DNA of 64,000 nt, from contig NC_086109.1 in NCBI RefSeq assembly GCF_963921235.1, positions 4,032,001 through 4,096,000 on the forward strand, written 5' to 3'. Shown piece by piece: positions 1-12,183 of this stretch. The DNA is from Mobula hypostoma. Its lineage: Eukaryota. A program made the translations under genes and the position numbers. The notes beneath the pieces were generated by a model that was given only the letters and a program-made list of their open reading frames with translations, searched no databases and was not told the DNA's origin. Position 1 is the first letter of the stretch. Every line of letters starts with the position of its first letter.

Positions 1-1341
1 TCTCTCTCTCACAATCTCTCTCTTTCCCTCACTCTCTCTCACAACCTCTCTCTCCTTCCCTCACTCTCCACCCCTTCATTCTCTCTCTCACAACCTTGCC
101 ATCTTTCCCTCTGTCTCCATCCCTTTCTCATTCCCTCTCTCTCACAATCTCTCTCTCTTTCCCTCACTCTCTCTCACAATCTCTCTCTCTCTTTCCCTCA
201 CTCTCTCTCACAATCTCTCTCTCTCTTTCCCTCACTCTCTCTCACAATCTCTCTCTCTCTTTCCCTCACTCTCTCTCACAACCTCTCTCTCTTTCCCTCA
301 CTCTCTCTCACAATCTCTCTTTCTTTCCCTCACTCTCTCTCACAACCTCTCTATCTTTCCCTCACTCTCTCTCACAATCTCTCTCTCTTTCCCTCTGTCT
401 CCATCCCTTTCTCATTCTCTCCCTCTCTCTCTCCCCGTCTCTCTCCTGGTCTCTTCTCAATCACCCTCTCCCTCTCTCTCCTCCCCTTTCTCTCAGCCTC
501 TCTTTCCCTCTCTCTCCCTTTCTGCCCTCTATCAATTTCTCTCTTTCTCCTCTCCCTCTCTCCCCCTTTCCCTCGGTCACCCTCCTCTCCTTCTTACCCC
601 CTCTGTCACTCCTTTTCTCAATTTCTCTATCTTCTCCCTCCCTCTCCCCGTCTCTCTCTCCCTTTCTCTCCTCTCTCTCCCTCATTCTCCCTCCTTCCCT
701 CTCTCCATCTCTCCCTCTCTCCCCTTCTTTTCTCCCCCTCCCACTCCCTTTCTCTCTCTCTCTACCCCCACTCCCTCTCACCTCCTGCTCTCTCTCTCCT
801 TCCCTCTCTCAGCCTTTCTCTTCCCCACTCTCTCTCCAACCCCCTTTCTCTCCCTCTCTCTCTTCCTCTCTCCCTCTATCCTCTCCTCTCCCTCTCAACC
901 TCTCTCTTTCCCTCTCTCTCCACCCTCTCTTTCTCTAACTCACTCTCTGTCTCTCTCCCTCTCCCATTTCTCTCCTTCTCTTCTCTCCCTCTCTTCCTTT
1001 CTCTCTCCCTCTCTCTCCCCTCTCTCTTGTGCTCCCCACTCTCTCTCCCCATCCCGTCTCCCCATCCCCTCTCGCCATCCTCTCTCCATCTCTCCGCCCT
1101 CTCCCTAGCTCCATCACTCTTTCCCTCTGTCCTTCTGCCCTTCTCCCCCTCTCTCCCCCACCCTCTCTGAACCCCTCTCTCTCTCAGCCTCTCTCTCTCT
1201 CAGCCTCTCTCCCCCTCGCTCGCTCTCTCTCTCTCTCTCTCTCAGCCTCTCTCTCTCTCTCAGCCTCTCTCCCTCTCTCCTCTCTCTCTCTCTCGCTCTC
1301 TCTCTCCCCCTCTCTCTCTCACTCTCTCTCTCTCTCCCCTC

Positions 1342-1379
<38 letters not shown>

Positions 1380-1462
1380 CCCCCCTCTCTCTCTCCCCTC
1401 TCTCTCTCTCGCTCTCTCTCTCTCCCCCCCCTCTCTCCCCTCTCTCTCTCGCTCTCTCTCTC

Positions 1463-1532
<70 letters not shown>
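1..1532. repeat. Polypyrimidine (CT-rich) low-complexity tract ending in (CT)n microsatellite
   Basis: Almost purely C/T on the + strand; the first ~420 bp repeat a ~33-bp unit (ctctctcacaatctctctctttccctca); Ser/Leu and Arg/Glu ORFs are artefacts. Confidence 0.97.
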
Positions 1533-1534
<2 letters not shown>

Positions 1535-2280
1535 ACTTATTTAAATGTCAAGGGTATGAAGCCACTGCAGAGAATTACAACAACCCCTGGCTCTGGTCTT
1601 CCGTCTCAATTTCTTCAGGAGACATAATTCTTTAAATTGCAAAATAATTAGGAGAGGGCAAGAAGTGGTGGAGAGGGGCTGGTGAACGTTGAGGGACGTG
1701 TAGTTGTGGCCAAGAGGAAATGTTAGGTCAGCAAGAGTGAATGGAAATCAATCTGTTCTCAGACTGTGGAAATAAAATCTAATTACCGGCTTCAGTGTAA
1801 TATTGTGTGAAAGCCTTCAGCCAACATGCCTTCTCTCTGTTTCAAACCTGAGTTTCCTCTTCTTCAGAAACGAATTAGTGTCAATACTAAAATAATAGTT
1901 ATATCCTCAAGCAATAAAATTCTATTTTCAGTTAAAGAATTCTGCCAGCTTTATTAGTTGCTCTGGCAGACATCTTTCTGCCTGTTTGCCTCCCACATCA
2001 CATTTGCATCTACCGAGCTCTTTGTGTGGTTGGGAACGTGAGACATTGTGGGAGGCAGTGTCTCTCTGCTGCTCTGGGGCCTGGGCTCCCGGCCTGAGTT
2101 AATCAGGCTCCCACTCCTCTGCCCAGACTCCTCGGTTACGCCCTCACAACAGGCCACCGCGATGCAAGCCAGCCAAGCATTTGGCTTGGAATACTCAAAA
2201 CAGGGTGTATGTTCCATGATCAGCTCCTCCTAGAGTACACTTCTAGCCTCTGCTCCCTCAGCAGATACACAGAACAAACG

Positions 2281-2990
2281 AGACCATAAGAACATGAGAC
2301 ATGATAGTAGAGTTTGAGCATTTAGCCTATCAAGTCTGCTCCGCCATTCCATCATGACTGATTTAATACCCCTCTCAAATTCTTTCTCCTGCCAACACCC
2401 TTACAAATCACAAACCTATCAACCTCCACTCTAAACATACCCAGTGACTTGTCCTCCACAGCTGTCTGTGTCAATGAATTCCACAGATTCACCACCTTTT
2501 CGCTTAAAAAAACCATCCTTATCTGTTCTAAAAGGACATCCTTGTATTCTGAGGCTGTGTCCTCTGGTCCTAGACTCTCCCACTATAGGAAACATCCCCT
2601 CCACATCTACTCTATCTGTGTCCTCTGGTCCTAGACTCTCCCACTATAGGAAACATCCTCTCCACATCCACTCTATCTGTGTCCTCTAGTCCTAGACTCT
2701 CCCACTATAGGAAACATGGTCTCCACATCCACTCTATCTGTGTCCTCTGGTCCTAGACTCTCCCACTATAGGAAACATCGTCTCCACATCCACTCTATCA
2801 GGCCTTTCAATATTCAATAGGTTTTAACGAGATCCTCTTCCATTCTTCTAAACTCCAGTGAGTACAGGCCCAGAGCCATCAAACACTGTTGATACCTTAT
2901 CCTTTTAATTCCCAGAATTATTTTCGTGAGCCTCTCCAAAGCCACCATACCTATTCTTAGACAAGGGCACATTGCTACTCACAGTACAGG
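2281..2990 (-). mobile_element. CR1-type LINE 3' fragment with internal 61-bp tandem amplification
   Basis: Matches other CR1 3' ends in the window (gaattccacagattcaccac, ttctaaactccagtgagtacaggcccag); four 61-bp copies start at 2555, 2616, 2677 and 2738. Confidence 0.85.
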
Positions 2991-3371
2991 TGCTGCTGAT
3001 GGGATCCCAGGTTCAGTCCCAGTAGATCTCAGGTAGCTGGTAGAAGGTGAACACAGGCAATCAGCACTCAGCAGTCAGGCAGTGCATGCAGGGAATGGAG
3101 CACTGGGTTCCTCCAGATAACTTCATGTGCCAACCAACCAGGTTCACCTTCTCTTGCAGACCAATGCCATTTGCCCCGTGTGATGTGAACATCCATCGCC
3201 AATTCCGCAACACCGAGATGGGCTCGGCCAGTCTGAAGACCGTCCTGAGATTAGAAAACCAGTCCCTCGGTGTGGTACTGTCTGCAAGCATTCGGGACAT
3301 TTCTCTGACAGTTTGTACCTCTCACTGACATTTAGTCTTAGAAATAACACAAAGGATCTCTTCCACCAATG

Positions 3372-3925
3372 TTTCAAAGGTTTCAAAGTACATTTAATAT
3401 CAAAGAACGCATAAATTATACAACCTTGAGATTTGTCTGCTTACAGGCAGCCACAAAGCAAGAAACCCAAGATAACCCAGTTTTAACAAAGACCAACACC
3501 CAATACATCCAGAGAGAAAAAAACACTAATCATGCAAACAACAAGAGCGAGCATCAGTATTCAGAACCACACTGAGCCGATAAACCCGAAACCCAAACCC
3601 GCCGGAGGAGGGGACAGGATCAGTCTCAGTTTATCATACAGTGGGGAAAATCGTCGTGAAGCTCGCAGATGCAAGGCCCAGAGCAGCCGGAGCAGGGGAC
3701 AGCCTCAGCACTGCGGAAAGAGGAGTAAACTTCACAGAAGAGCGAGCAGAATCGGCCCAACGTTCGTCTCCGGTCCCAAAACCCTGCCTTTCCGGTCTAT
3801 CTGCGCTGGCGTTTAAATCATCCAAACACCGGGTCGTGCCCACACGAGGACCCAGGCCCTGCCGCAGTGAGATCCTCTGGGTCCGTAATGCAGGGTCAAA
3901 TAGGAATATATCCGGTAAACAGTGA
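3372..3925 (-). mobile_element. Probable non-autonomous retroposon with Rex/Babar-like 3' tail and CpG-rich body
   Basis: Tail motif (caaagtacatttaatatcaaag...ccttgagatt) resembles 3' ends seen at ~7960, ~33600 and ~43840; unusually CpG-rich 3560-3920. Confidence 0.45.
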
Positions 3926-4774
3926 GTGCAGAGCTGATTGGTTACAGATGGGAAAGTGCTGGAATCTGAATAATGTTGAAGCAATGGCCCATTGAATTTA
4001 TTAATAGTTTCAATGTCATGCATTTTTTATGGCTTTGAAATGGCATCTTTTAAACAAATGAATCGTTTAGTCATTATTTTGGACCTGAGGAATAAACATT
4101 AAACCACATGGCTTCACAAAGTCGTGTCTCTGCGGTAATCAGAGAGTCACGAGCCCTCTGGCCCAACTACTCGGTAGCATCCATCTTGCTGGTCTGGCGG
4201 ATTTTGAAAATAAAGCACATGAGAGTTGTTTTATGTGCTTAACAAAAGCTGCCACTCTTTATTTCCGTTACGAATGAACCAAAAGTAGCCACCTTACACT
4301 GATGTCTGACCGTCAGACACCATCTTAAAGTGAACTCAACTTATTGATGGTGTTTGTGAATTATGTACAACAGTTTCTTATGATGAACGATACGTGTTAT
4401 CTGTCACCCATTACAAACCCTAGACAGGCCCTGCCCTCCAGACTTCAGCAAAACCCACATCGCGAGTCTGCCTGGAGCTCATACGAGCTGCCGGCTCGGA
4501 TCCTATGGGCCCTGACTGGAGTGACAGTGGGTGGCTCCGCCCCATCCGGGGGTGTGCTGACGCACACAGTCATGTCACGATGCATGGGGTATGGCAGCAG
4601 AACCACCTGGGTCTCGATGGGCCAGTTTAAAGCGATCTACATAAGTACATCCAGGTTTACCCTTCCTATCTACAATTAAAGTCTTTTTGCTCCCTTCCAA
4701 ATGGAACGGGCCTGAAGGGAGTGTTGATGTGCATCATGGCAGGCAACAACAAATGAGGTAGAACATAGGTCGAC

Positions 4775-5215
4775 TGGAAGCAAGACTGCTCTACGCCATG
4801 ATGGGAGGTTGGAACAGCTGTCCACTTTACCCATACCCTTCATGATTTTATAAATTTCTGTGTAGTCACCCCCCATTTTCCAATGCTCCAAGGAATAACG
4901 GTCCAGCATGGACAGCCTCTCCCTGTAACTCAGGCTCTCTAGTCCAGGGAGCATCCTTGTAAATCTCTGGACTATGTCTTTCCTATAACATGGTGACCAA
5001 AACAGTACACAATACTCTGAATGCTGCCTCACCACGACTTACATGAAGTCCCTACCCTGAACGTTGATGCCCTGATTGCTGAAGGCCAGCTAACTAAAAG
5101 CCTTCTTCATCATCCTGACTGTCTGCTCGGCCGCCTTTTGTGAACTCAGTCCCCAGGCTAATGAAGACCAACACACCATACACCGTGCCTTCTCAACTTC
5201 TGTGGCAACTTTGAG
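4775..5215 (-). mobile_element. Degenerate CR1 ORF2 C-terminal fragment
   Basis: ORF 4676-5035 contains EYCVLFWSPCYRKDI..RFTRMLPGLESLSYRERL. Confidence 0.85.
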
Positions 5216-5909
5216 GGATCCATGGACCTGGACACCTCCCCCTCCAAGATCTCTCTGTCCCTCCAGACCGCTAGGAATCTTGTCAGCGTTCTGCTGCCAT
5301 CACGGTGTGTGGTCGGAAGACTGGACCCAAGTGCGGAGGAACGCAGGCTTTCTCTGTCCCGGCAGTCGCAGGCGCCGACGCAGCCTAGCTGCCAGGCTCA
5401 CAGTTTGACCCAGGAGTGGAGGAATGGCAGAATGTTCAGGAAGAGACGGAAATGAGGATACTAACAGAGCCTCGGAGGAGCGACTGAGCCATCTGCGAGA
5501 CAAATCGTTCTCTCCAACACAATGACCCCACCAAGGCGCTAAACAGGAGTCCTGTTTAAATAGTCACAGAACGCAGAAAACCCGTGCCAGTCACAAAGAA
5601 CTTTACAGGATTAAACTGAAAGTACAACGGACTTAGTGGCTCTAGTTAAGGTAATGATTAGTAAATCCAGGTGCTTGAAGCTCAATGCTCTACGGCAAGT
5701 TGCCGAGACCCACAGCTCATGACAATTATAAGCAACGACAGCTCTCTATAGTATCCACAATATCACAAACCTTCATGTCATCTGCAAATTTACCAAGCCG
5801 CCCTCCTATTTCCTCATCCAAGTCACTCGGTTACTAAGCTACTTGGATACCAAGTCACTAGGTTACTAGTTTCGGTACCTCATACTTTAAATGCATTAAT
5901 CTTCCTGTG

Positions 5910-6190
5910 GGGCATGGTTCGCATCATGGTTAGCTTGACGCTATTGCCGTTCATGATGTCAGAGTTCAGAGTTCAATTCCAGTGCCGTCTGTAGGGAATC
6001 ACAGTACGTCCTTCCCGTGGAAAGTATGGGTTTTCCCCAGGTACTCTGGTTTCCTCCTACAGTACAAAGACATACCAGGTAGGTTCATTGGTCATTGTCC
6101 CGTAACGTTAATCAGGTTCATTTGGGATGGCTGGGGAAGCACAACTGGAAGGGCTGAAAATGCCTACCCCACACTCTATTGCTAAATGCA
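5910..6190 (+). mobile_element. tRNA-derived V-SINE/HE1-like SINE
   Basis: A/B-box-like head (tggttagc...gagttcaattcc) and V-domain-like core (ctctggtttcctcctacagtacaaagac..ttcattggtcattgt). Confidence 0.7.
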
Positions 6191-6374
6191 CAAAAACAAA
6201 GTAACTACAGAATTTCCTGTGCCTGCGGAGAAGTTCTCCAGAACAGAGCTGGTGGTTCCATGGGTAAACAGGAGGAAAGGGCCAGTTACCCTGCTGATGG
6301 GCAGATGCCTGAGGGAGAGGAGCTGGAGAGGTATCTGGCTCTGATCCTGCACGAGCTCATCAAGGGGAAAATGT

Positions 6375-6568
6375 ACAACACACACAAACTGCTGGAGGAA
6401 CTCAGCAAGTCAGGCAGCGTCAGTCAAGGGGAATAAAGAGCTGACATTTTGGGCCGAGACCCTTGATGAGGACTGTTGAAAGTGTCGACTGTTTATTCCC
6501 CCTGTAGATGCTGCCTGACCTGTTGAGACGCTTCAGTATTTTACGTGCTTTGCATCTGCAGAATCTCT
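6375..6568. mobile_element. Old inverted remnant of PLE terminal repeat
   Basis: ctgctggaggaactcagcaagtcaggcagc ... gatgctgcctgacctgttgag flank a decayed hammerhead-like segment (gggccgagacccttgatgaggact). Confidence 0.65.
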
Positions 6569-7043
6569 TAAGGGAGGAATAGTATATATCTATCCCTCTG
6601 AAGACCCAGCAGCAATCCAAGAACAGGAAATATTACAGGCATTAATGATGTCTGGTCCTTATTTCCCCGAAGATACTCTCGATTGGGGGAAGTGCAAAGT
6701 GTTGTTTGAGGTGGGCAGAGAAGCACTGGACTGACCACTGTCGAGCGTTTGCTTCTGTGATCCAGTGACGGTAAGCCGGTGTAGGACGGCAAGACCATAA
6801 ATCATTTAGAGGCACATTTGGCCTCATGTTCAGTGTACAAATAAATTGTGGAAGGATCTCCACAGCCGAGATTTGGAGCAAATATTGAGACCTTTAAATA
6901 TTTTAAGAATTGCAAATCACTGCTGTGAGGGTATGGTTGGGGTGGTCCAACCTTCAGTTACTTCAGTTTACACATTAACTGTCTCAGACCAGCACGAGTG
7001 AAGTGGACTTGCGTGTCATTCTAGCTCCTATCATCACAGGTTC

Positions 7044-7074
<31 letters not shown>

Positions 7075-7303
7075 AAGATATTGGAGCAGAATTAGGCAGT
7101 TTGGGCCATCGACTCTACTTCACCATTTCATCATGACTGATCCATTTTCCCTCTCAACCCCAATTCCTACTTTTGCCCTGTATCACTTCCTGCCCTTACT
7201 AATCAAAAATATATCAACCTCTGAATTAAATATACCCAGTGACTGCCTCCACAGTCACCTGTGGTAATGAATTCCACAGATTCACCACAATCAGGCTAAA
7301 GAA

Positions 7304-7329
7304 TGTGTGTGAGTAACTTGGTGTGCAAG

Positions 7330-7370
<41 letters not shown>

Positions 7371-7700
7371 GTTTGTGTGTGTGAGAGAGAGTTTGTGTTT
7401 GTGTGTGTGTGTGTGAGTGTGTGTGTGTATATGAGTGTTTGTGTGTATGAGAGAGAGTTTGTGAGTTTGTGTTTGAGTGTGTGTGTGTGAGTGTGTGTGT
7501 GTATATGAGTGTTTGTGTGTATGAGAGAGAGTTTGTGAGTTTGTGTTTGAGTGTGTGTGTGTGAGTGTGTGTGTGTATATGAGTGTTTGTGTGTATGAGA
7601 GAGAGTTTGTGAGTTTGTGTTTGAGTGTGTGTGTGTGAGTGTGTGTGTGTATATGAGTGTTTGTGTGTATGAGAGAGAGTTTGTGTTTGTGTGTGTGTAT
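7304..7700. repeat. Compound (GT)n/(GA)n microsatellite with ~60-bp higher unit
   Basis: Repeated gtgtatgagagagagtttgtgagtttgtgtttgagtgtgtgtgtgtgagtgtg units; pure (GT)n also at 7044-7073. Confidence 0.95.
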
Positions 7701-7959
7701 TTACCATGGTTCAAAGGAGAGTTTGTCAGGCAAGAGTATGTGGAGAGGTTGTCTCAGATCAGAAACCCTCATCCGAACAGGGAGGGAGAGAGAGATTAGA
7801 AATGGCTATGCTGGATGGGTCAGATAAAAAATGTCTCTCCGTGTGGTGAGGCTAGGATTGCCGTGGGGATAAGCTGATAGAGGAATCCCCTGGCTGGTAG
7901 GTTAATGAAAGAAGTTGGAACAAAGGGCATGAAAGCTGTGAAATGAGGGAGAAAAATAA

Positions 7960-8625
7960 AGTTCAAAGTAAATAAATTATCAAAGTGTATAGATGTCACC
8001 ATATACTACATTGAGATTTATTTTCTTGTAGGCATTTGGAGGAAAATTTTAAAAACTGAATTTACAAAAGATACACATAAACAAAAGCTGACAAACAACC
8101 AATGTGCGAAAGAAAACAGATTTTGCAAATAAAGAGGTTGTGGAAATAATTCAGTGTGGAGATGAGTGGAGTTATTCCCCCCAGTTCAGGAACCTGATGT
8201 TTGTAGGGTAATAACTGTTCCAGATTCTGTTGGTGTGGGACCTACCACTCCTGTACCTCCTTCCTGATGGTAGTAGCAAGAAGAGAGCTTGGTCTGGCCA
8301 ACAGGAGTGCTTGCTGATGGATGCTGATTTCCTGTGGCAGTGCTCCACGTGAATGTGGTTAATTGTGGGAGGGCTTTGCGTGTGATGGACTGGGCCATAT
8401 CCACCACTTTCTGCAGACTTTTCTGTTCCTGGGCCTTGGTGTTTCCATACCAGATTGTGATGCAACCAGTCAGGATACTCTCCACTGCGCGTCTACAGAA
8501 GTTTGTCAAAGTTTTAGATGACATGCCAAATCTACACAGACTTCAAAGAAAGTAGAGACTCTGTTGTCCCTTCTTCCTGAGGACACTTACTTGCCGTTCC
8601 AAGGACAGATCCTCCTAGGAATGTA
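7960..8625 (-). mobile_element. Rex/Babar-clade LINE 3' fragment
   Basis: LTNFCRRAVESILTGCITIWYGN and LLPSGRRYRS motifs, frameshifted. Confidence 0.85.
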
Positions 8626-9132
8626 AAGCCTGCCAAGTGCAGAAATGCAGGAAGTTCTACTGGAGGGAGGAAATGTCCAGTCTTACAGCTACGATCAGCC
8701 TCAGTGCCAGCTTTACCAATGAACCGAGTATTATAATGTATTTCTGTCTATCTCCCTCCAGCCCATCAGCAGGGATAGACCCATCTTGGAGAGGTCTCAG
8801 ACACAGCACCAATGATCTGGGACCACTGCTGGTGATCCTGGACAATTCCTAGTTTCACAGGTTTCCAGGGCATGGATACACAGTTCACACAGAGGGACAC
8901 GGCCCTGGGGGATTACTGTGTTCAAAGCAAATAATCTCAATGTTGAATTTCAGGACTGCTCAAAATGAGACCATGAAGTGCAAAAGGCAGGAATTCCTGA
9001 GACTGGAAACTTCTCCAGCTGAGCTGGAGGTGGCAAGGCAGGTAGTAGAGAAGCCCCCTGGTTCTGTCAGCAACACACATCAAAATTGCTGGTGAACACA
9101 GCAGGCCAGGCAGCATCTCTAGGAAGAGGTAC

Positions 9133-9168
9133 AGTCGACGTTTCGGGCCAAGACCCTTCGTCAGGACT
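9133..9168 (-). ncRNA. Minimal type I hammerhead ribozyme motif (PLE-associated)
   Basis: Minus strand reads AGTC-CTGACGA-A-GGGTCTTGGCCC-GAAA-CGTC-GACT: intact core, stem I AGTC/GACT, stem II GGG/CCC, palindromic ACGT stem III. Confidence 0.85.
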
Positions 9169-9812
9169 AACTGAAGGAAGAGCTAGTAAGAGATTTGAAA
9201 GTGGGAGGGGGAGGGGGAGATCCAAAATGATAGGAGAAGACAGGAGGGGGAGGGATGGAGCCGAGAGCTGGACAGGTGATTGGCAAAGGGGATATGAGAA
9301 GATCGTGGGACAGGAGGCCCAGGGAGAAGGAAAAGCGGGGGGCGGGGGGGAACCCAGAGGATGGGCAAGGGGTATAGTCAGAGGGACAGAGGGAGAAAAA
9401 GGAGAGAGAGAGAAAGAATGTGTGTATAAAAATAAATAACGGATGGGGTACGAGGGGGAGTTGGGGCATTAGCGAAGTTAGAGAAGTCAATGTTCATGCC
9501 ATCAGGTTGGAGGCTACCCAGACGGAATATAAGGTGTTGTTCCTCCAACCTGAGTGTGGCTTCATCTTCATTCTTTCTCTCTCTCTCTTTTTTCTCCCTC
9601 TGTCCCTCTGACTATACCCCTTGCCCATCCTCTGGGTTCCCCCCCCTTTTCCTTCTCCCTGGGCCAACTGTCCCATGATCCTCTCATATCCCTTTTGCCA
9701 ATCACCTGTCCAGCTCTTGGCTCCATCCCTCCCCCTCCTGTCTTCTCCTATCATTTTGGATCTCCCCCTCCCCCTCCCACTTTTAAATCTCTTTCTAGCT
9801 CTTCCTTCAGTT

Positions 9813-9848
9813 AGTCCTGACGAAGGGTTTCGGCCTGAAACGTCGACT
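9813..9848 (+). ncRNA. Minimal type I hammerhead ribozyme motif (PLE-associated)
   Basis: AGTC-CTGACGA-A-GGGTTTCGGCCT-GAAA-CGTC-GACT. Confidence 0.8.
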
Positions 9849-10102
9849 GTACCTCTTCCTAGAGATGCTGCCTGGCTTGCTGCATTCACCAGCAACTTTG
9901 ATGTGTGTTGCTTGAATTTCCAGCATCTGCAGAATTCCTGGTGTTTATGGTTCTATCAGCTATGTTTTCTACTGTTACCTTGCTAGCCCTTCTCAACAGG
10001 TGGCTGCGCAGAACAGTCTGGAGCCCCAGCATTACATCCTTGCTTTTATATTCTAGTCCTCTGGAAATGAATACTAACATTGCATTTTCCTTTCTTCCTT
10101 CC

Positions 10103-10448
10103 AGGGAGGAGATAAATCTCTACCAAAGGAGGTGTAAGGTGCTCCTTCCCTCTGCTAGCCTTCAGGTCACCCTTGGGCAAGGTGTAGCACCTGCTTAGCC
10201 CCCGATCAGGGTCATGTGAAGCCATGGGAGCAGGTGGTGGATGGTCGTATGAGCAGCTGGTGCACATCACAAGTCCTGGTTATGTGACCACTGACACGAG
10301 GCAGACAATCTCTGGACTATTGATAATAGCTGGGGTCACCCATCTTGTAAAGACACTGCCCAGAAGAAGGCAATGGCAAACCACTTCTGGAGAAAAATTT
10401 ACCAGGAACAATCATGGTCATGCAACATGGCACATAATGATGATGATG
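10103..10448 (+). mobile_element. SINE-like element with RTE-type 3' end and (GAT)n tail
   Basis: Ends agaagaaggcaatggcaaaccacttctg...gatgatgatg; further copies at 29128-29540 and 47056-47458; interrupts a CR1 fragment. Confidence 0.7.
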
Positions 10449-11057
10449 TTGGCCACCAACTCAATCTGCAAGTTAACCTTTGTTCAGTGTTCCAGTCCGG
10501 ATAAACCTGACCTCATTCTCCCATTTCTCCTTGGCATCCTGCTGCTCCTGGCCTCACCTGGACCATACTCCTTGTGATGGATCAGGAAGTCCTCCTGATC
10601 CCATCTCTGACCAAGCTCCATGCTGTACCATTACCGACCTCCTGAATCCATCATCCAAACCTCCCTCCCTCCCCCACCAACGCACAGTGGCTGCAGGGTA
10701 CGATCTACCAAATGCACTGGGCTCCTCTGGCTCGAGCTCCCACACATGGCACCCCCACCACCATGAGGGGTGAAGACTTCCGACACGCGGGAATACTGCC
10801 TCATTCCGGCATTCCTCCCACACCATCCCAACTGGAGATGACTCTCAGTGCTGGGTCTGAACAAGTCCCTGCAGCTCCTTCTGTGGGAGACCCTCACCAC
10901 ACAGAGCGCAGCACCCACCTTGTCAGAGGGTGGAGAGAGTGTGGAACAAGCTGCCAGCACAAGTGGTGAATGTGAGTTTGATTTCAACATTTAAGAGAAG
11001 TTTGGATAGGTACTTGCGTGGGAGAGGTACGTAGGGCTATGGTCCAGGTGCAGGTTG

Positions 11058-11660
11058 ATTAGATTAGATTCAACTTTATTGTCATTGTGCCGAGTGCAGA
11101 TACAAAGCCAATGAAATGCATTTAGCATCTGACCAGAAATGCAAAGAATAGTGTTGTTTACAAAATAAGTGCGAATAAAAAGAAGTGCTACAGCACGCAA
11201 ATATAAAAGTACTGAGACAGTACAATATGGGTACAATACTGCTTAGCGCTGTGATGAGAGGTTCAGCAGGGTCACAGCCTCAGGGAAGAAGCTCTTCCTG
11301 TGCCTGCTGGTGCGGGAGCGGAGGCTCCTGTAGCACCTATCGGATGGGAGGAGAGTAAAAAGTCCATGGTTAGGGTGAGATGCATCCCTGATAATGTTTT
11401 TCACCCTGCCCAGGCAGCATTTATGGCAGATGTTCTCAATGGTGGGCAACTGGGTGGTGATAATCCACTGGGCAGTTTTCACCACACGCTGGAGTGCTTT
11501 GCGGTCCGATACGGGACAATTGCCATACCACACTGAGATGCAGTTGGTGAGTATGCTCTCAATGAGACAGCAGTAAAAGTCCGTCAGTATCCTGGGACAG
11601 AGGTGAGCTTTCTTCATGCTCCGCAGGAAATAAAGGCGCTGTTGCGCCTTTTTGATCGGG
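11058..11660 (-). mobile_element. Rex/Babar LINE 3' fragment
   Basis: ORF 11243-11617 has ILTDFYCCLIESILTNCISVWYGN...SFFPEAVTLLN; (gatta)n tail; nested in a CR1 3' end. Confidence 0.88.
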
Positions 11661-11929
11661 GTGGAACTGGGCAGAATAACTCAGCATGAACTAAATAGCC
11701 CAAAGGGCCTGTTTCTGTAGACTAGTGCTCTATGACTTCTAATGAATGAATTAATTTAGAGATACAGTACAGATCAGGCCCTTCAAATTGCGCCACCCAG
11801 CAACACAATGATTAAACCCAAGTCTATGCATCGGACAATTTACCTACTAACTGTACACCCTTGGAATGTGCAAGGAAGCCAGAGCAGCTGGAAGAAACCC
11901 ACATGGTCACAGGAAGGATGTACAAACTC

Positions 11930-12183
11930 AATAGACAATAGACAATAGGTGCAGGAGTAGGACATTCGGCCCTTCGAGCCAACACCGCCATTCACTGTGA
12001 TCATGGCTGATCATCCACAATCAGTATCCAGTTCCTGCCTTCTCCCCATAACCTTTGATTCCACTATCTTTAAGAGCTCTATCCATCTCTTTCTTGAAAG
12101 CATCCAGAGACTTGGCCTCCACTGCCTTCTGGGGCAGAGCATTCCGCAGAACCACCACTCTCTGGGTGAAAAAGTTTTTCCTC
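11930..12183 (-). mobile_element. CR1 LINE 3' end
   Basis: NFFTQRVVVLRNALPQKAVEAKSLDAFKKEMD; (caataga)n tail. Confidence 0.88.

Larger units (their letters stand above)
9072..9947. mobile_element. Penelope-like element insertion made of two inverted 3' ends
   Basis: Left arm is the reverse complement of the PLE 3' end at ~62190-62678, right arm (from ~9569) is the sense copy; 13-bp TSD tggttct(g/a)tcagc at 9059-9071 and 9948-9960. Confidence 0.92.

Noticed and set aside
96..1544. Long Ser/Leu/Pro and Arg/Glu ORFs
   Set aside because: Translations of CT/GA low-complexity sequence
3160..3274. Possible + strand exon (PMPFAPCDVNIHRQFRNTEMGSASLKTVLRLENQSLGV) after ttctcttgcag
   Set aside because: Weak donor, unrecognised peptide and no consistent neighbouring exons
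7226..7714. His/Thr-rich ORFs
   Set aside because: Translation of (CA)n compound microsatellite
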